Below, piece after piece: positions 1 through 9,312 of a DNA stretch of 64,000 nt. The stretch is taken from assembly GCA_965200315.1 (NCBI GenBank), contig OZ241362.1, positions 3,648,001 through 3,712,000 on the forward strand. Direction: 5' to 3'. The notes beneath the pieces are model-generated. The model saw only the letters and a list, made by a program, of their open reading frames with translations, had not been told where the DNA came from and did no database searches. Each line of letters begins with the position of its first letter. The stretch's first letter is position 1. Origin of the DNA: Candidatus Latescibacterota bacterium. GTDB lineage: Bacteria > Latescibacterota > UBA2968 > UBA8231. The position numbers were made by a program, and so were the translations under genes.

Positions 1-1
1 G

Positions 2-529
2 CGCAGCATTCTATTCCGGCAACTGCTCTACGACACCCGCATCCTCGACATTGCCGAAGACCTCATCGGCCCGAATATCCAGCTCTTCCACGACCAAGCC
101 CTCTACAAACCCGCCCATCACGGCGGCCCCGTCTTTTGGCACCAAGACAACGCCTACTGGAAATGTATGCCAGCCAACTTGGTTAGCTGCTGGATGACGC
201 TCGACGACGTCGATGCGACCAACGGTGCCATGCACTTGTTGCCCGGCTCGCACCTGACGCCCGTCGGGCACGACCGCTCGGAGCAGACCAGTGCCTTGCT
301 CGACTACGGCGACCAAGCCGATGCAGCTCAAGCCGCCGTCATAGACCTGCCCGCGGGCGGCGCACTCTTCCACCACTGCCAAACCCTCCACTACACTCCG
401 CCGAACCAAACCGCTCGCCAGCGCCGCGCCTTTGTCATCCACTTCATGCCCCCTGGCACGCGCTCGGCGCACACCGGGCAATTTCTCGAAGTGTCTTTTG
501 GGCGCCCCATGCTGAGGATGCGGGTCTGA
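2..529 (+). CDS. Phytanoyl-CoA dioxygenase (PhyH) family Fe/2OG dioxygenase, 5'-truncated by window edge
   Basis: Frame is open from position 2: HDQALYKPAHHGGPVFWHQDNAYW...SCWMTLDD...NGAMHLLPGSH...HHCQTLHYTPPN...RRAF, matching PhyH HxD...H...R motifs. Confidence 0.9.
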   Translation, partial: RSILFRQLLYDTRILDIAEDLIGPNIQLFHDQALYKPAHHGGPVFWHQDNAYWKCMPANLVSCWMTLDDVDATNGAMHLLPGSHLTPVGHDRSEQTSALLDYGDQADAAQAAVIDLPAGGALFHHCQTLHYTPPNQTARQRRAFVIHFMPPGTRSAHTGQFLEVSFGRPMLRMRV

Positions 530-657
530 TCGTTTGACGGAAGCGAGGCCGCACGGTTTCGTTGACTAGATCATAGACGATTCCGAAATTTAAGAACGTA
601 CACGACGAGGGTATAAGCGGGCCATCCAGCATCCGCTATCACGCTTTGGAGACCACG

Positions 658-1485
658 ATGACGCTCATCCACACCACCGACGACCTGATCCGCCTGCTGA
701 ACGAAAACGACGAGTTCCGTCAGGCCGTCCGCCGCCACGTCCTGAGCGATGAGCTGATTCAGCTACCCGAGCGGCTTGCCAAGTTTGAAACTCGCGTCGA
801 GAGCTTTATTGACGAGCAGCAGCAGTTCAATAAAGAGCAGCGGCAGTTTAACCAGCGAATGGAGAGTTCCATCGGCGAATTGCGCGATACCGTAGCCCAA
901 CATACAGACACCATCGGCGAACTGCGCGATACCGTAGCCCAACATACAGACGCCATCGGCGAACTGCGCGATACCGTAGCCCAACATACAGACACCATCG
1001 GCGAACTGCGCGATACCGTAGCCCAGCAAGGAAAAGCCATCAACCGGCAGACAGACGCCATCGGCGAACTGCGTGGCAAAGTAGCCCGGCAGGTGGTTGG
1101 TGTGCATTTCCTAGAGATCGCCGACGGTATGGGCTTCCTGTTTAAGGGGTTTTTGTCAAGGCTGGACCTCGGCCAATTGATTTTCCAACGCGAGACCGAC
1201 ATTCCCCAAAACGACCGGCGCAGCTTCTTTCGCGCCGATCTGGTCATAGAGGTCACGGACTCTGATGACGCTATCCACTACATCGCTGTCGAGGCTTCCT
1301 ATACGGCCGACGAACGCGATACGAGCCGGGCCCAACGCAACGCCACCATACTCACTCAGCTCACTGGGCACCCAGCCCACGCCGCTATTGCCAGCGTCCG
1401 CAACGTCCACGAAATCCAGGTGCTGATCGACGACGGCACCGTGTACTGGTACGCACTCGAACCCAACGATTTCACACCTGAGTAG
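658..1485 (+). CDS. Coiled-coil heptad-repeat protein with C-terminal PD-(D/E)XK-like domain
   Basis: N-terminal DDLIRLLNENDEFRQAVRRHVLSDEL, 14-aa repeats IGELRDTVAQHTDT, C-terminal RADLVIE...YIAVEASY...DTSRAQRNATIL. Paralogous to 55354-56117. ATG 658 preferred over TTG 646. Confidence 0.75.
   Translation: MTLIHTTDDLIRLLNENDEFRQAVRRHVLSDELIQLPERLAKFETRVESFIDEQQQFNKEQRQFNQRMESSIGELRDTVAQHTDTIGELRDTVAQHTDAIGELRDTVAQHTDTIGELRDTVAQQGKAINRQTDAIGELRGKVARQVVGVHFLEIADGMGFLFKGFLSRLDLGQLIFQRETDIPQNDRRSFFRADLVIEVTDSDDAIHYIAVEASYTADERDTSRAQRNATILTQLTGHPAHAAIASVRNVHEIQVLIDDGTVYWYALEPNDFTPE
869..1073 (+). repeat. Intragenic 42-bp tandem repeat (3 full copies plus partial copies)
   Basis: ccatcggcgaactgcgcgataccgtagcccaacatacagac(a/g) at 869, 911 and 953, partial at 995 and 1051-1073. 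Confidence 0.95.
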
Positions 1486-1652
1486 CGGTCTAAACATTCC
1501 GGGTTGGGTCTCTCCAACCGCTGGGATCGAAGGCGTCTCGTCCGCGAAAAACGCGGGATGCTAAGGCCCTCGGCCGCGCCGCAAAGCAGCCCAACGAGGG
1601 TCTTCAGGCCGCTTCTGAGTAGGGCTATTCCCACCGCTAGACAGCGGCAGCG

Positions 1653-2378
1653 TCAGGCCAAATAGCGCTCGGGGCTTGCCACGACCTCAGCCAGCAGGGT
1701 ATCGACGTAGGCGTCTATGGCAAAAAGCCGGCACGGAGACGCGCCGACGAGGCCCCGTGTCAGCGGACCAGTAGCGTCCCAAAATTTTCCCAGACGCGGT
1801 CGGTCCAAGGCGGGATAAGCGGCTTGGGAATCGGTTCGGCGCAGGTGATGCCAGTAGAGCACTTCGACCAGATGGACGTAGGTAGAAGTCTGGTAATCAA
1901 CGCCCAGCATGAGGATTTTGCCACCGCGTCGATAGGCTCGGAACATGGGCGAATGGGTGCCATAGGTCCGTCCCCAAGGAGCCAGATCCCAAGACGACGT
2001 ATGGCCTTCTTGGCGCAAGTGATCCGCGACAAAATCCGCCGCGCCGCGCCCTCGGGCCGCCACCGAGTGAGAGTAGTGATCCGAACGATAGGTATCGGGC
2101 AAGCGGCGAAAGAACTCGGTCAGCCAGCCCACGGTCGAAGGAGTAGTAGCCCAGTCCCAGCGGTGCGCTCGTTCGCTCCGCTCTATCAGGTGAAACGAGG
2201 GCATCAGGATAAGCCCGTCGGGACCGACCGCCGCTTGCAGGGCATCAATCACAGTCTGCGCTCCGCCGGCGACAGGTCCCAAGCTTTTGAACGAGGAATG
2301 GACAAAGAGCATATTCCCGGCTTCGACGCCGAGGGCCTCTAAGTGATTCTGTAAGTCGGCTTGGGTATAGGCGTCCAT
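1653..2378 (-). CDS. AAC(3)/YokD family N-acetyltransferase
   Basis: LFVHSSFKSLGPVAGGAQTVIDAL...GLILMPSF...TPSTVGWLTEFFR...RSDHYSHSVAARG...GKILMLGVDYQTSTYVHLVE, the Antibiotic_NAT signature. Confidence 0.88.
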   Translation of the reverse strand: MDAYTQADLQNHLEALGVEAGNMLFVHSSFKSLGPVAGGAQTVIDALQAAVGPDGLILMPSFHLIERSERAHRWDWATTPSTVGWLTEFFRRLPDTYRSDHYSHSVAARGRGAADFVADHLRQEGHTSSWDLAPWGRTYGTHSPMFRAYRRGGKILMLGVDYQTSTYVHLVEVLYWHHLRRTDSQAAYPALDRPRLGKFWDATGPLTRGLVGASPCRLFAIDAYVDTLLAEVVASPERYLA

Positions 2379-2431
2379 CGCAGTGCGCGGTTAGGCTTTG
2401 TCCAGACGTAGTCGAGGATAGCCGTTGCGGG

Positions 2432-2806
2432 TCACGAGCGGTCTTCTTCTAGGACGAATTGGCGGTCGCCTTCCGAGTAGGCCACGATCATATCCGCGTC
2501 TTCGGGACCGAGGCTAATTCCGTTGTGGAAGACGCCGGCTGGGATGGCGAGGGTATCGCCAGCTTTTAGCGTAAAAAACTCGTCGCCCAAGGTGTGCTCT
2601 ACGCGGCCGGCGAGCACATAGAGCACTTCTTCGCAATTGGGGTGGGCGTGGCGCGGATTGGCTTGACCGGCCTTGAGGACGACGCGGCCCAAGGTGAGGC
2701 CCTCGACATTGCCCTGCGGACGGCCCGCCAACCAAGTTAGATGTCCCCACGATTCGTCGATGCGATTCTGGCGGCTCTCGGCGGCGCTGAGAAGGGGGTT
2801 CGACAT
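2432..2806 (-). CDS. Cupin domain protein
   Basis: HAHPNCEEVLYVLAG...GDTLAIPAGVFH cupin metal-binding motifs. Confidence 0.88.
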   Translation of the reverse strand: MSNPLLSAAESRQNRIDESWGHLTWLAGRPQGNVEGLTLGRVVLKAGQANPRHAHPNCEEVLYVLAGRVEHTLGDEFFTLKAGDTLAIPAGVFHNGISLGPEDADMIVAYSEGDRQFVLEEDRS

Positions 2807-2985
2807 TTTGTTTAGGCTCCGGTTAGAGATGGGAAACGATAATGCGAAAAAGGCACCGAGCCGTCCAGAAGCAACCGCTGATCGGGAGCTATTCCTCGGC
2901 CCTATAATCGGCGTACCGTACTCACCTGAGTATCAATAATCGCCTTCTTTGACGGCCCTCCAGCCGTTGGGCATATTACCGCTCC

Positions 2986-4371
2986 ATGAAACCCATAGAC
3001 CCCCAAGCTCTGTCGGCACTGACCGCTCTCCTCGGCCCGCGTCTGAATGCGACATCTGAGGTGCGCCACGCCCACGCCGCCGACGCCTCCTACCACGCCC
3101 CGCAACCGCCGCAAGCCGTAGCCTTTCCCACAAGCGTGGAAGAAGTAGCCCAAATCGCCCGGATCTGCACCGCGCACCAAGTGCCGATCGTGCCCTTTGG
3201 CACTGGCACGGCCGTCGAAGGCGGTATTGTCGCAGTGCGCGGCGGCTTGTGCGTCAACCTCTCGCGCATGAACCACATCCTCCGCGTCAGCACCGCCGAC
3301 ATGGACGCCACCGTTGAAGCCGGCGTCACCCGCCAGCAACTCAACGAACACCTCCGAGCACAAGATACCGGCCTGCACTTCCCAGTCGATCCCGGTGCCG
3401 ACGCTTCCTTAGGCGGCATGGCCGCCACCCGCGCCTCGGGCAGCTCGGCAGTGGGCTATGGCACCATGCGCGACAACGTCTTGGGCCTCAAGGCCGTCTT
3501 TGCCGACGGCGCGATTGTCGAAGTGGGCGGACGAGCGCGCAAATCCTCGGCGGGCTACGACCTAACCGCCCTGCTCGTCGGCACCGAAGGCACCCTAGTC
3601 CTTATCACCGAAGTAACCCTGCGCCTAGCCAAGCTGCCAGCGGCCATCTCCGCAGCTGTCTGCCCTTTCGCCGACCTCGACACCGCCGTCGCCGCAGCCA
3701 TCGACGTCCTGAGCGCGGGGCTCCCGGTCGCACGGCTCGAATTGCTCGACGAAGTGCAAATGCAGGCCTGCAACCAATACGCAGGTCTTGATTACGAAGT
3801 GGCACCAACGCTCTTTTTTGAATTTCACGGCACGGAAAAGGGAGTCGTCGAACAAGCGGAAACCGCTGGCGAGTACGTAGCCCGGCGCGGCGGCGGTCCA
3901 TTCCGCTGGGCCACGGCCGAGGGCGAGCGCGACCGCTTGTGGCAGGCGCGCTACGATGCCTACTACGCCTCGCGTGCGCTCCGCCCCGGCTCAGTCGGCT
4001 ATGTAACCGATGTCTGCGTACCGATCACAGCCCTCGCCCGCTGCATCCACCAGACGAGAGCCGCGCTGGCCGACCTCGACTTTCCCGCGCCGCTCTTCGG
4101 CCACGTCGGCGACGGCAACTTCCACGTCGTCTGCCTCATCGAACCGGGCAACGCCTCAGAACTCGCGCAGGTTCAACGGCTAGGCGAGCAAATCGTCGAA
4201 TGGGCGCTCCAAGCCGGAGGAACCTGCACCGGCGAACACGGCATCGGCCTGGGCAAAATCGACGCGCTCGAAGCCGAGTGCGGTCCAGGCGTTGAGATCA
4301 TGCGCCGCATCAAAAAAGCACTCGACCCGGACAACTTGATGAACCCAAGCAAGGTTCTGAATGGCTTGTAG
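2986..4371 (+). CDS. FAD-linked oxidase / D-lactate dehydrogenase (GlcD-like)
   Basis: PFGTGTAVEGG, FPVDPGADASLGGMAATRASG, KSSAGYDL, GHVGDGNFH, GTCTGEHGIGLGK, LDPDNLMNPSK. Confidence 0.92.
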   Translation: MKPIDPQALSALTALLGPRLNATSEVRHAHAADASYHAPQPPQAVAFPTSVEEVAQIARICTAHQVPIVPFGTGTAVEGGIVAVRGGLCVNLSRMNHILRVSTADMDATVEAGVTRQQLNEHLRAQDTGLHFPVDPGADASLGGMAATRASGSSAVGYGTMRDNVLGLKAVFADGAIVEVGGRARKSSAGYDLTALLVGTEGTLVLITEVTLRLAKLPAAISAAVCPFADLDTAVAAAIDVLSAGLPVARLELLDEVQMQACNQYAGLDYEVAPTLFFEFHGTEKGVVEQAETAGEYVARRGGGPFRWATAEGERDRLWQARYDAYYASRALRPGSVGYVTDVCVPITALARCIHQTRAALADLDFPAPLFGHVGDGNFHVVCLIEPGNASELAQVQRLGEQIVEWALQAGGTCTGEHGIGLGKIDALEAECGPGVEIMRRIKKALDPDNLMNPSKVLNGL

Positions 4372-4380
4372 CCGCCAAAC

Positions 4381-4824
4381 ATGAGAGTTTATCTAGATAC
4401 TTGCAGCCTTCAGCACCCACTTGACGACAAATCGCCACTGCGCAATCGTCTTGAGGCCGAAGCAGTTTTGAGCATTCTCGACCTTGTTAGAGCCGGTCAC
4501 GTTGAAATTATGTCGTCTGATGTGCTCACTTTTGAAATTGTGCACAATCCGCACCCAGTGCGTCGGGCATTTGCCTTGGAAACTATTTTGGCTGCATCAA
4601 TCTGTGTTCAACACTCGAAAACTGTAACAAGGCGCACTAAAGAGCTATGCCAAACAGGGATTGAGGCTTTGGATAGTCTGCATCTTGTATCGGCTGAAGC
4701 TGGTGAGGCAGACTTTTCTGCACCTGCGACGATTCGCTTCTGCGGAAAGCAAAGTAAGCGGTCAAAGGTAAAATCAGAACTTGCGGAGGAAATAGAAAAA
4801 TGGCAGTCCCAGCTAGGCCATTAA
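4381..4824 (+). pseudogene. PIN-domain (VapC-like) toxin, probably frameshifted near 4714-4717
   Basis: MRVYLDTCSLQHPLDD...RLEAEAVL...ALDSLHLVSAE. The conserved-looking FCTCDDSLLRKAK continues in a shifted frame after gac-tttt. Confidence 0.65.
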
Positions 4825-4964
4825 GCGAAATTAACGAGCAGGCTATTAGGCTCTTAGTGCGGGAAATGGGGCCAGCAGATGCCGTGCGCTTCTGCGGCCA
4901 ATTCACAACGGGCTACGGCGACTACACTAAAGAGCGCAAGAGACAATTAAGAAAGATGCAATAA
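4800..4964 (+). CDS. Small PIN-associated putative antitoxin (54 aa, absent from the ORF track)
   Basis: MAVPARPLSEINEQAIRLLVREMGPADAVRFCGQFTTGYGDYTKERKRQLRKMQ. Overlaps the PIN 3' end, with GGAGG upstream and a GDYTKER motif typical of PIN-partner small proteins. Confidence 0.7.
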   Translation: MAVPARPLSEINEQAIRLLVREMGPADAVRFCGQFTTGYGDYTKERKRQLRKMQ

Positions 4965-5166
4965 TTTGCCGCTTTTCTTTTGTTAGATGGATCTAACAAA
5001 AAACAACCCATTCGGCATGACGACAAGGCAAGCGGTCAATCTCAGGAAGTCCAAGCTAAAAGTGGTGTTGCCGATGGGGTAAGGCTTGGGTGTGGCATGT
5101 TTATTGTCTTGTCCTTGATTATACTTGGACCTATAAGCTACTAGTGATAGTGAAAGGACTTGCAAA

Positions 5167-6381
5167 ATGAAAATCACCAACGTCGAATTCTTCCACCTCA
5201 ATCCGCGTCTCTGCGACCGCTATCAAGGTCACGAGGTCCGCTTGTCCGGCATCGATACCCAGACCGTCTTCCGCGTAACCCTCGACAACGGCGTCGTCGG
5301 CTACGGCGACGAACGCTGCCACACCTCGCTGTCCGAGGGACAGATCGCGGGCATGATCGACCAATCGCCGTTCAACTACGTCGCCGGTGCGCTCAGCACT
5401 GGCCTGATAGGCGCGCTGTACGATGCTATGGGCAAAGCCATCGAAGAGCCAGCGTACAAACTGATGGGCCAAAAGGTCCGCGACCGCGTACCCGTGGCGG
5501 CATGGACCCGACCCGCGGCCCCCGAGGACTTTGCCAGCGAAATCCAGCGCGCCGCCCAAGAGGGCTACACCATCTTCAAGATGCACTCGGCCGCACAGCA
5601 CGACGTGATCGAACAGACGTGCGCCGCCCAGGAAGTCGCGCCGGATGGCTTTAAGGTCCACTGGGACTTCAACCACAATCGGCCCGCTACAGCCGTGCTG
5701 CGCCTCGTCGATGAGCTGGAAAAATTTCCGGTCGTCGGCTTCTTGGAAGACCCGCTCTATCCCTACGACATCGAGGGCTGGCGCCTGTTGCGCTCCAAGA
5801 CGAGCCTGCCGCTCTTGATGCACGTGCCGCAGCTCGGGGGCGGCCCGGAGATTCAGCGGGATGTGGCCGATCTCTACATGATCGGCGAAATGGGCCTTGG
5901 CCACTCCATCCGCCGGGGCTTGGCAGCAGCGGCCGCCGGTCTTTCGACCGTGGTCCAGCTCACCGGCGGCACCCTGTGCAAGGCTATGGCTATGCACTTG
6001 GGCGCGGTCATTCCCAATGTCTCGCACTCGACCAACCTCGACGACCAATACGCCGAGGATGTGACCGGCGGCCGCCTCGAAGTCAGCGAGGGCAGCACGC
6101 CGGTGCCCGAAGGCCCGGGGCTGGGCGTGGAGGTCGATGAACAGATATTGGCAGAGCTAGCCGCACGGCCCAAGAGCGAACTGCCGCGCCACGTCGGTGT
6201 CTTGCACCTGCCCGGCGGCACTACGTACTACACCCCGAGCATCCCGGCGGTCGAGCGGCTGACCGGATTTGTCGAGGGCAATGTGCGCGGCGTGCGGAGC
6301 GAAGTCTGGAACGACGACGGGTCCGAGGAGTTCGCCCGGCTCTACGAACAAGTGCAAAAAGAAGGCCAAGCCAAGGCTTAG
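5167..6381 (+). CDS. Mandelate racemase/muconate lactonizing enzyme (enolase superfamily)
   Basis: ALYDAMGKA...PAYKLMGQKVRDRVP, FKMH, WDFN, FLEDP, PEGPGLGVEVDE. Confidence 0.9.
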   Translation: MKITNVEFFHLNPRLCDRYQGHEVRLSGIDTQTVFRVTLDNGVVGYGDERCHTSLSEGQIAGMIDQSPFNYVAGALSTGLIGALYDAMGKAIEEPAYKLMGQKVRDRVPVAAWTRPAAPEDFASEIQRAAQEGYTIFKMHSAAQHDVIEQTCAAQEVAPDGFKVHWDFNHNRPATAVLRLVDELEKFPVVGFLEDPLYPYDIEGWRLLRSKTSLPLLMHVPQLGGGPEIQRDVADLYMIGEMGLGHSIRRGLAAAAAGLSTVVQLTGGTLCKAMAMHLGAVIPNVSHSTNLDDQYAEDVTGGRLEVSEGSTPVPEGPGLGVEVDEQILAELAARPKSELPRHVGVLHLPGGTTYYTPSIPAVERLTGFVEGNVRGVRSEVWNDDGSEEFARLYEQVQKEGQAKA

Positions 6382-6394
6382 AAAGGATCACCTC

Positions 6395-7522
6395 ATGCTC
6401 GACCGACTCGCCTACATCCGCGACGCCCAGACCGGGCGCGCCTCGTCTTGGGACGAAACCGGCCGCAATAGCGACGCTTGGTGGATCGAACCCGGCGAGC
6501 GTGCAGTCCTCGCCGACATCAAAGGCCCCGGCCGCATCACTCACCTGTGGCTGACCCAATCCAACCACTACCGAGAGTGCTTGCTCAAGATCACTTGGGA
6601 CGACGCAGACCACCCCAGCGTGGTGTGCCCTTTGGGTGATTTCTTCGGCCTCGGCCACGGCATCGTCAACTCCTACCAGTCCCTGCTCTTTTCCGCTTCG
6701 ACGCGCAGCAACAATTGCTTTAACACCGGCTGTGCCCTCAATGCCTACGCGCAAATGCCCTTCCGCCAGCGAGCGGTCGTCGAGTTGGTCAACGAGAGCA
6801 GCGAACGGCACCGCCAGTACTTCTATGTGGATTACGAGGCCGGCGACGTACCGAGCGAGGCCGGGTATTTCCACGCAGAATTTCGCCGCGAAAACCCCTT
6901 TGGCGGCTGGGGCCACGAGATCCGCGTCAACTCGCCGGAGGCCAACATCGTCAACAAGGAACAAACGGCTTGGGCCAACAACTACGTCGTCTTGGAAACC
7001 CAAGGCCGCGGTCACTACATCGGCTGCAACATCAGCGTCACCAACTTCCAAGGCACTTGGTGGGGCGAGGGCGACGACATGATCTGGGTCGATGGCTACA
7101 AGTGGCCGCCCGAGCTGCACGGCACCGGCAGCGAAGATTATCTCAACCAAGCATGGGGCATGCAGGACAACGCCTTTTTGCGCAACGGCTCCTCCATCCA
7201 CGAAAACAACACCAACGGCTACCAAACTTCGTACGTCCACCACCTAGAAAACCCCGTCCATTTCCAGCGGGAAATCAAGGCCACCATCGAACACGGCCAT
7301 GGCAATCACCTCTGCAACGAGATGAGCAGCGTTGCCTACTGGTACGCAGCCGAACCCACCCGCGTAGCCGCCCCCCCCGCCGTCGCCCAGCGCATGCCCG
7401 TCCTCCGCGACGACCAAGGCCAGTGGTTGGGCGATCCAGAGAATCAAATCACCAGTCGGAAAATCCGTCCCAACGCAGAAATGGAGCAGATGAAAACGCA
7501 ATGGGCGGCCAGAAACCAGTAA
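6395..7522 (+). CDS. DUF2961 / GH172-like glycoside hydrolase
   Basis: RASSWDETGRNSD, KGPGRITHLW, PLGDFFGLGHG, WWGEGDDMIWVDG, HGTGSEDY, ATIEHGHGN. ATG 6395 with AAGGA upstream. Confidence 0.9.
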   Translation: MLDRLAYIRDAQTGRASSWDETGRNSDAWWIEPGERAVLADIKGPGRITHLWLTQSNHYRECLLKITWDDADHPSVVCPLGDFFGLGHGIVNSYQSLLFSASTRSNNCFNTGCALNAYAQMPFRQRAVVELVNESSERHRQYFYVDYEAGDVPSEAGYFHAEFRRENPFGGWGHEIRVNSPEANIVNKEQTAWANNYVVLETQGRGHYIGCNISVTNFQGTWWGEGDDMIWVDGYKWPPELHGTGSEDYLNQAWGMQDNAFLRNGSSIHENNTNGYQTSYVHHLENPVHFQREIKATIEHGHGNHLCNEMSSVAYWYAAEPTRVAAPPAVAQRMPVLRDDQGQWLGDPENQITSRKIRPNAEMEQMKTQWAARNQ

Positions 7523-8166
7523 GTGCCACCCTAACAACCACGGCCAAAGTTCAGATCGTCCTCGACGTACTCCAGCGGCTCTATCCCAATCCCTCGGTGC
7601 CGCTCAAACGTCGAGACCCGTACACGCATCTGATTGCCGTGTTGCTCTCGGCGCAGTGTACGGATGTGCGCGTCAACCAAGTAACGCCCGCGCTCTTTGC
7701 CCGCGCCGCCCAGCCCGAGCGCATGGTCGAACTGGACGTGGACGAGATCGAGCAGATCATTCGCCCTTGCGGGCTAGCCCCGCGCAAGTCCAAGGCCATC
7801 TGGGAACTGTCGCACATTCTGCTCGCCGAACACGGCGGCCAAGTCCCGCCCGATCTGGCCGCACTCGAACGCCTGCCCGGAGTGGGGCACAAAACCGCGC
7901 AAGTCGTGCTCGCTCAGAACTTCGGTGTGCCGACCTTTCCCGTGGACACCCACATCCATCGGCTGATCTACCGTTGGGGGCTGTCCAACGGCAAGAGCGT
8001 CGAGCAAACGGAACGGGACTGCAAGCGCCTCTTTCCCCAAGAGTGCTGGAACGACCTACACCTGCAAATCATCTATTTTGGCCGCGAGCACTGCCCAGCG
8101 CGTGGGCATCAACCGACCGAGTGCCTGCTGTGCAGCAGGATAGGCCGCAAAAGCCTGTTCAAGTGA
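7501..8166 (+). CDS. nth: Endonuclease III
   Basis: LIAVLLSAQCTDVRVN, HhH motif LPGVGHKTA, FPVDTHIHR, C-terminal CPAR...C..C Fe-S motif. Start codon uncertain. Confidence 0.93.
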   Translation: MGGQKPVSATLTTTAKVQIVLDVLQRLYPNPSVPLKRRDPYTHLIAVLLSAQCTDVRVNQVTPALFARAAQPERMVELDVDEIEQIIRPCGLAPRKSKAIWELSHILLAEHGGQVPPDLAALERLPGVGHKTAQVVLAQNFGVPTFPVDTHIHRLIYRWGLSNGKSVEQTERDCKRLFPQECWNDLHLQIIYFGREHCPARGHQPTECLLCSRIGRKSLFK

Positions 8167-8329
8167 GGAAGTCATAGACCGGAGAAATTATCTATGCCTG
8201 AATCGAAGCGGGCAATGCCCAGCCTTTCCGCCAGCCTTGGAACCCCAAAAGCTACCGCGGCAACGTCATTCACCGAGTGCCAATCGTGGTCTCAGCGTCA
8301 ATGCAGACCAAACGCGAAAGGAACCAAAC

Positions 8330-9193
8330 ATGAGCGATAATCTGCGGCTGTTGTCCATCGGCGCACATCCAGCCGATATTTTTGATCAATCGGGCGGCAC
8401 CATGGCCCATCACGTTGCCCGCGGCGACTGGGTCGGCTGCGTGGTGCTGACCCACGGAGCGAGGGTCCACGACAAGGTTATTAGCGACGAGATGTTCCAC
8501 CGGGCAGAAGTCCCGCAAGCCGACCAACTAACGGCACTGATGGCCGAGCGCGCCGACGTCAAGGCCGACGAGGTGCGGCGAGCCTGTGCCCTGCTCGGCG
8601 TCGAGGAAATCCACTTTTTGGGGGCCGACGATGCGGTGTTGCGAGTTACCGAGGAGGCCGTGCGCCGCTTGGCGCGGCTAGTGCGCCAATTGCGGCCGGA
8701 TGTGGTGCTGACGCACTTTCCCAAGGAGGGCGACGGGCTGACCAACGCCCATGCTATATGCGGTCAAATCGTCCTTTACGCGCTCGCGCTGGCCAATGGG
8801 GTGGATCCCGGCGACAGCCGCCCGCCGCATCGAGTCGCCCAAGTTTTCTATTTTGGCACGGGGGCTGCGGCGGTTCCGCGTAGTGTGTGGGATTCGGAGG
8901 GCGGCTACTACAACGATGTCTTTATCGACATTACCGACGTGGTCACCAAGAAGCTGGCGGCGCTGGATTGCCTAGCAAGCCAAGGCTACGGCGGGGCGTA
9001 TGCGCGCAAGCGGATCGAGACCAGCGACGGGGCCTTTGGCGCCGCCGCCGGGTGCGCTTATGCCGAGGGCTTTATCAAAACCAACGCCGAGACCCATTAC
9101 TACCTGCCGCTGACCGAGCACGCGATAAAGAAAGCGCGGACATCAGATCACGAGCACATCGCCGAACAGTCGTTCAAGGTCCAAATCGATTGA
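8330..9193 (+). CDS. PIG-L/LmbE family deacetylase
   Basis: SIGAHPAD...GGTMAHH...VLTHG...EVRRACALLGV...RPDVVLTH...DITDVVTKKLAAL...SQ...YAEGF. Confidence 0.85.
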   Translation: MSDNLRLLSIGAHPADIFDQSGGTMAHHVARGDWVGCVVLTHGARVHDKVISDEMFHRAEVPQADQLTALMAERADVKADEVRRACALLGVEEIHFLGADDAVLRVTEEAVRRLARLVRQLRPDVVLTHFPKEGDGLTNAHAICGQIVLYALALANGVDPGDSRPPHRVAQVFYFGTGAAAVPRSVWDSEGGYYNDVFIDITDVVTKKLAALDCLASQGYGGAYARKRIETSDGAFGAAAGCAYAEGFIKTNAETHYYLPLTEHAIKKARTSDHEHIAEQSFKVQID

Positions 9194-9288
9194 TCTCCGT
9201 GGACATATTCCGAAAACGCGTCGATTTTTCGGTCTTTTTTAGACGTGTCCGCCGAATATGTCCACGTCGTGGATACGTTGCCCACTCC

Positions 9289-9312
9289 GTAGGGGCTTCC
9301 TTGTGGGTGCCT
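9289..9312 (+). repeat. GTAG-type REP-like palindrome
   Basis: gtaggggcttccttgtgggtgccct: GTAG followed by an imperfect hairpin, between convergent genes. Confidence 0.55.

Noticed and set aside
869-1073. 42-bp repeats as a CRISPR array
   Set aside because: Units are head-to-tail with no unique spacers, lie in frame within a CDS, and no cas genes are present.
1653-2378. AAC(3) as an acquired aminoglycoside resistance cassette
   Set aside because: No integron or IS context and host-like composition. The family includes many non-resistance YokD-like enzymes.
4983-5201. 72-aa minus-strand ORF
   Set aside because: Overlaps the enolase-family start and has no motif. More likely an AT-rich remnant or promoter region.
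6970-7500. Long N-terminal extension of nth
   Set aside because: Alternate frame of the DUF2961 gene, Arg/Pro-rich and not protein-like.
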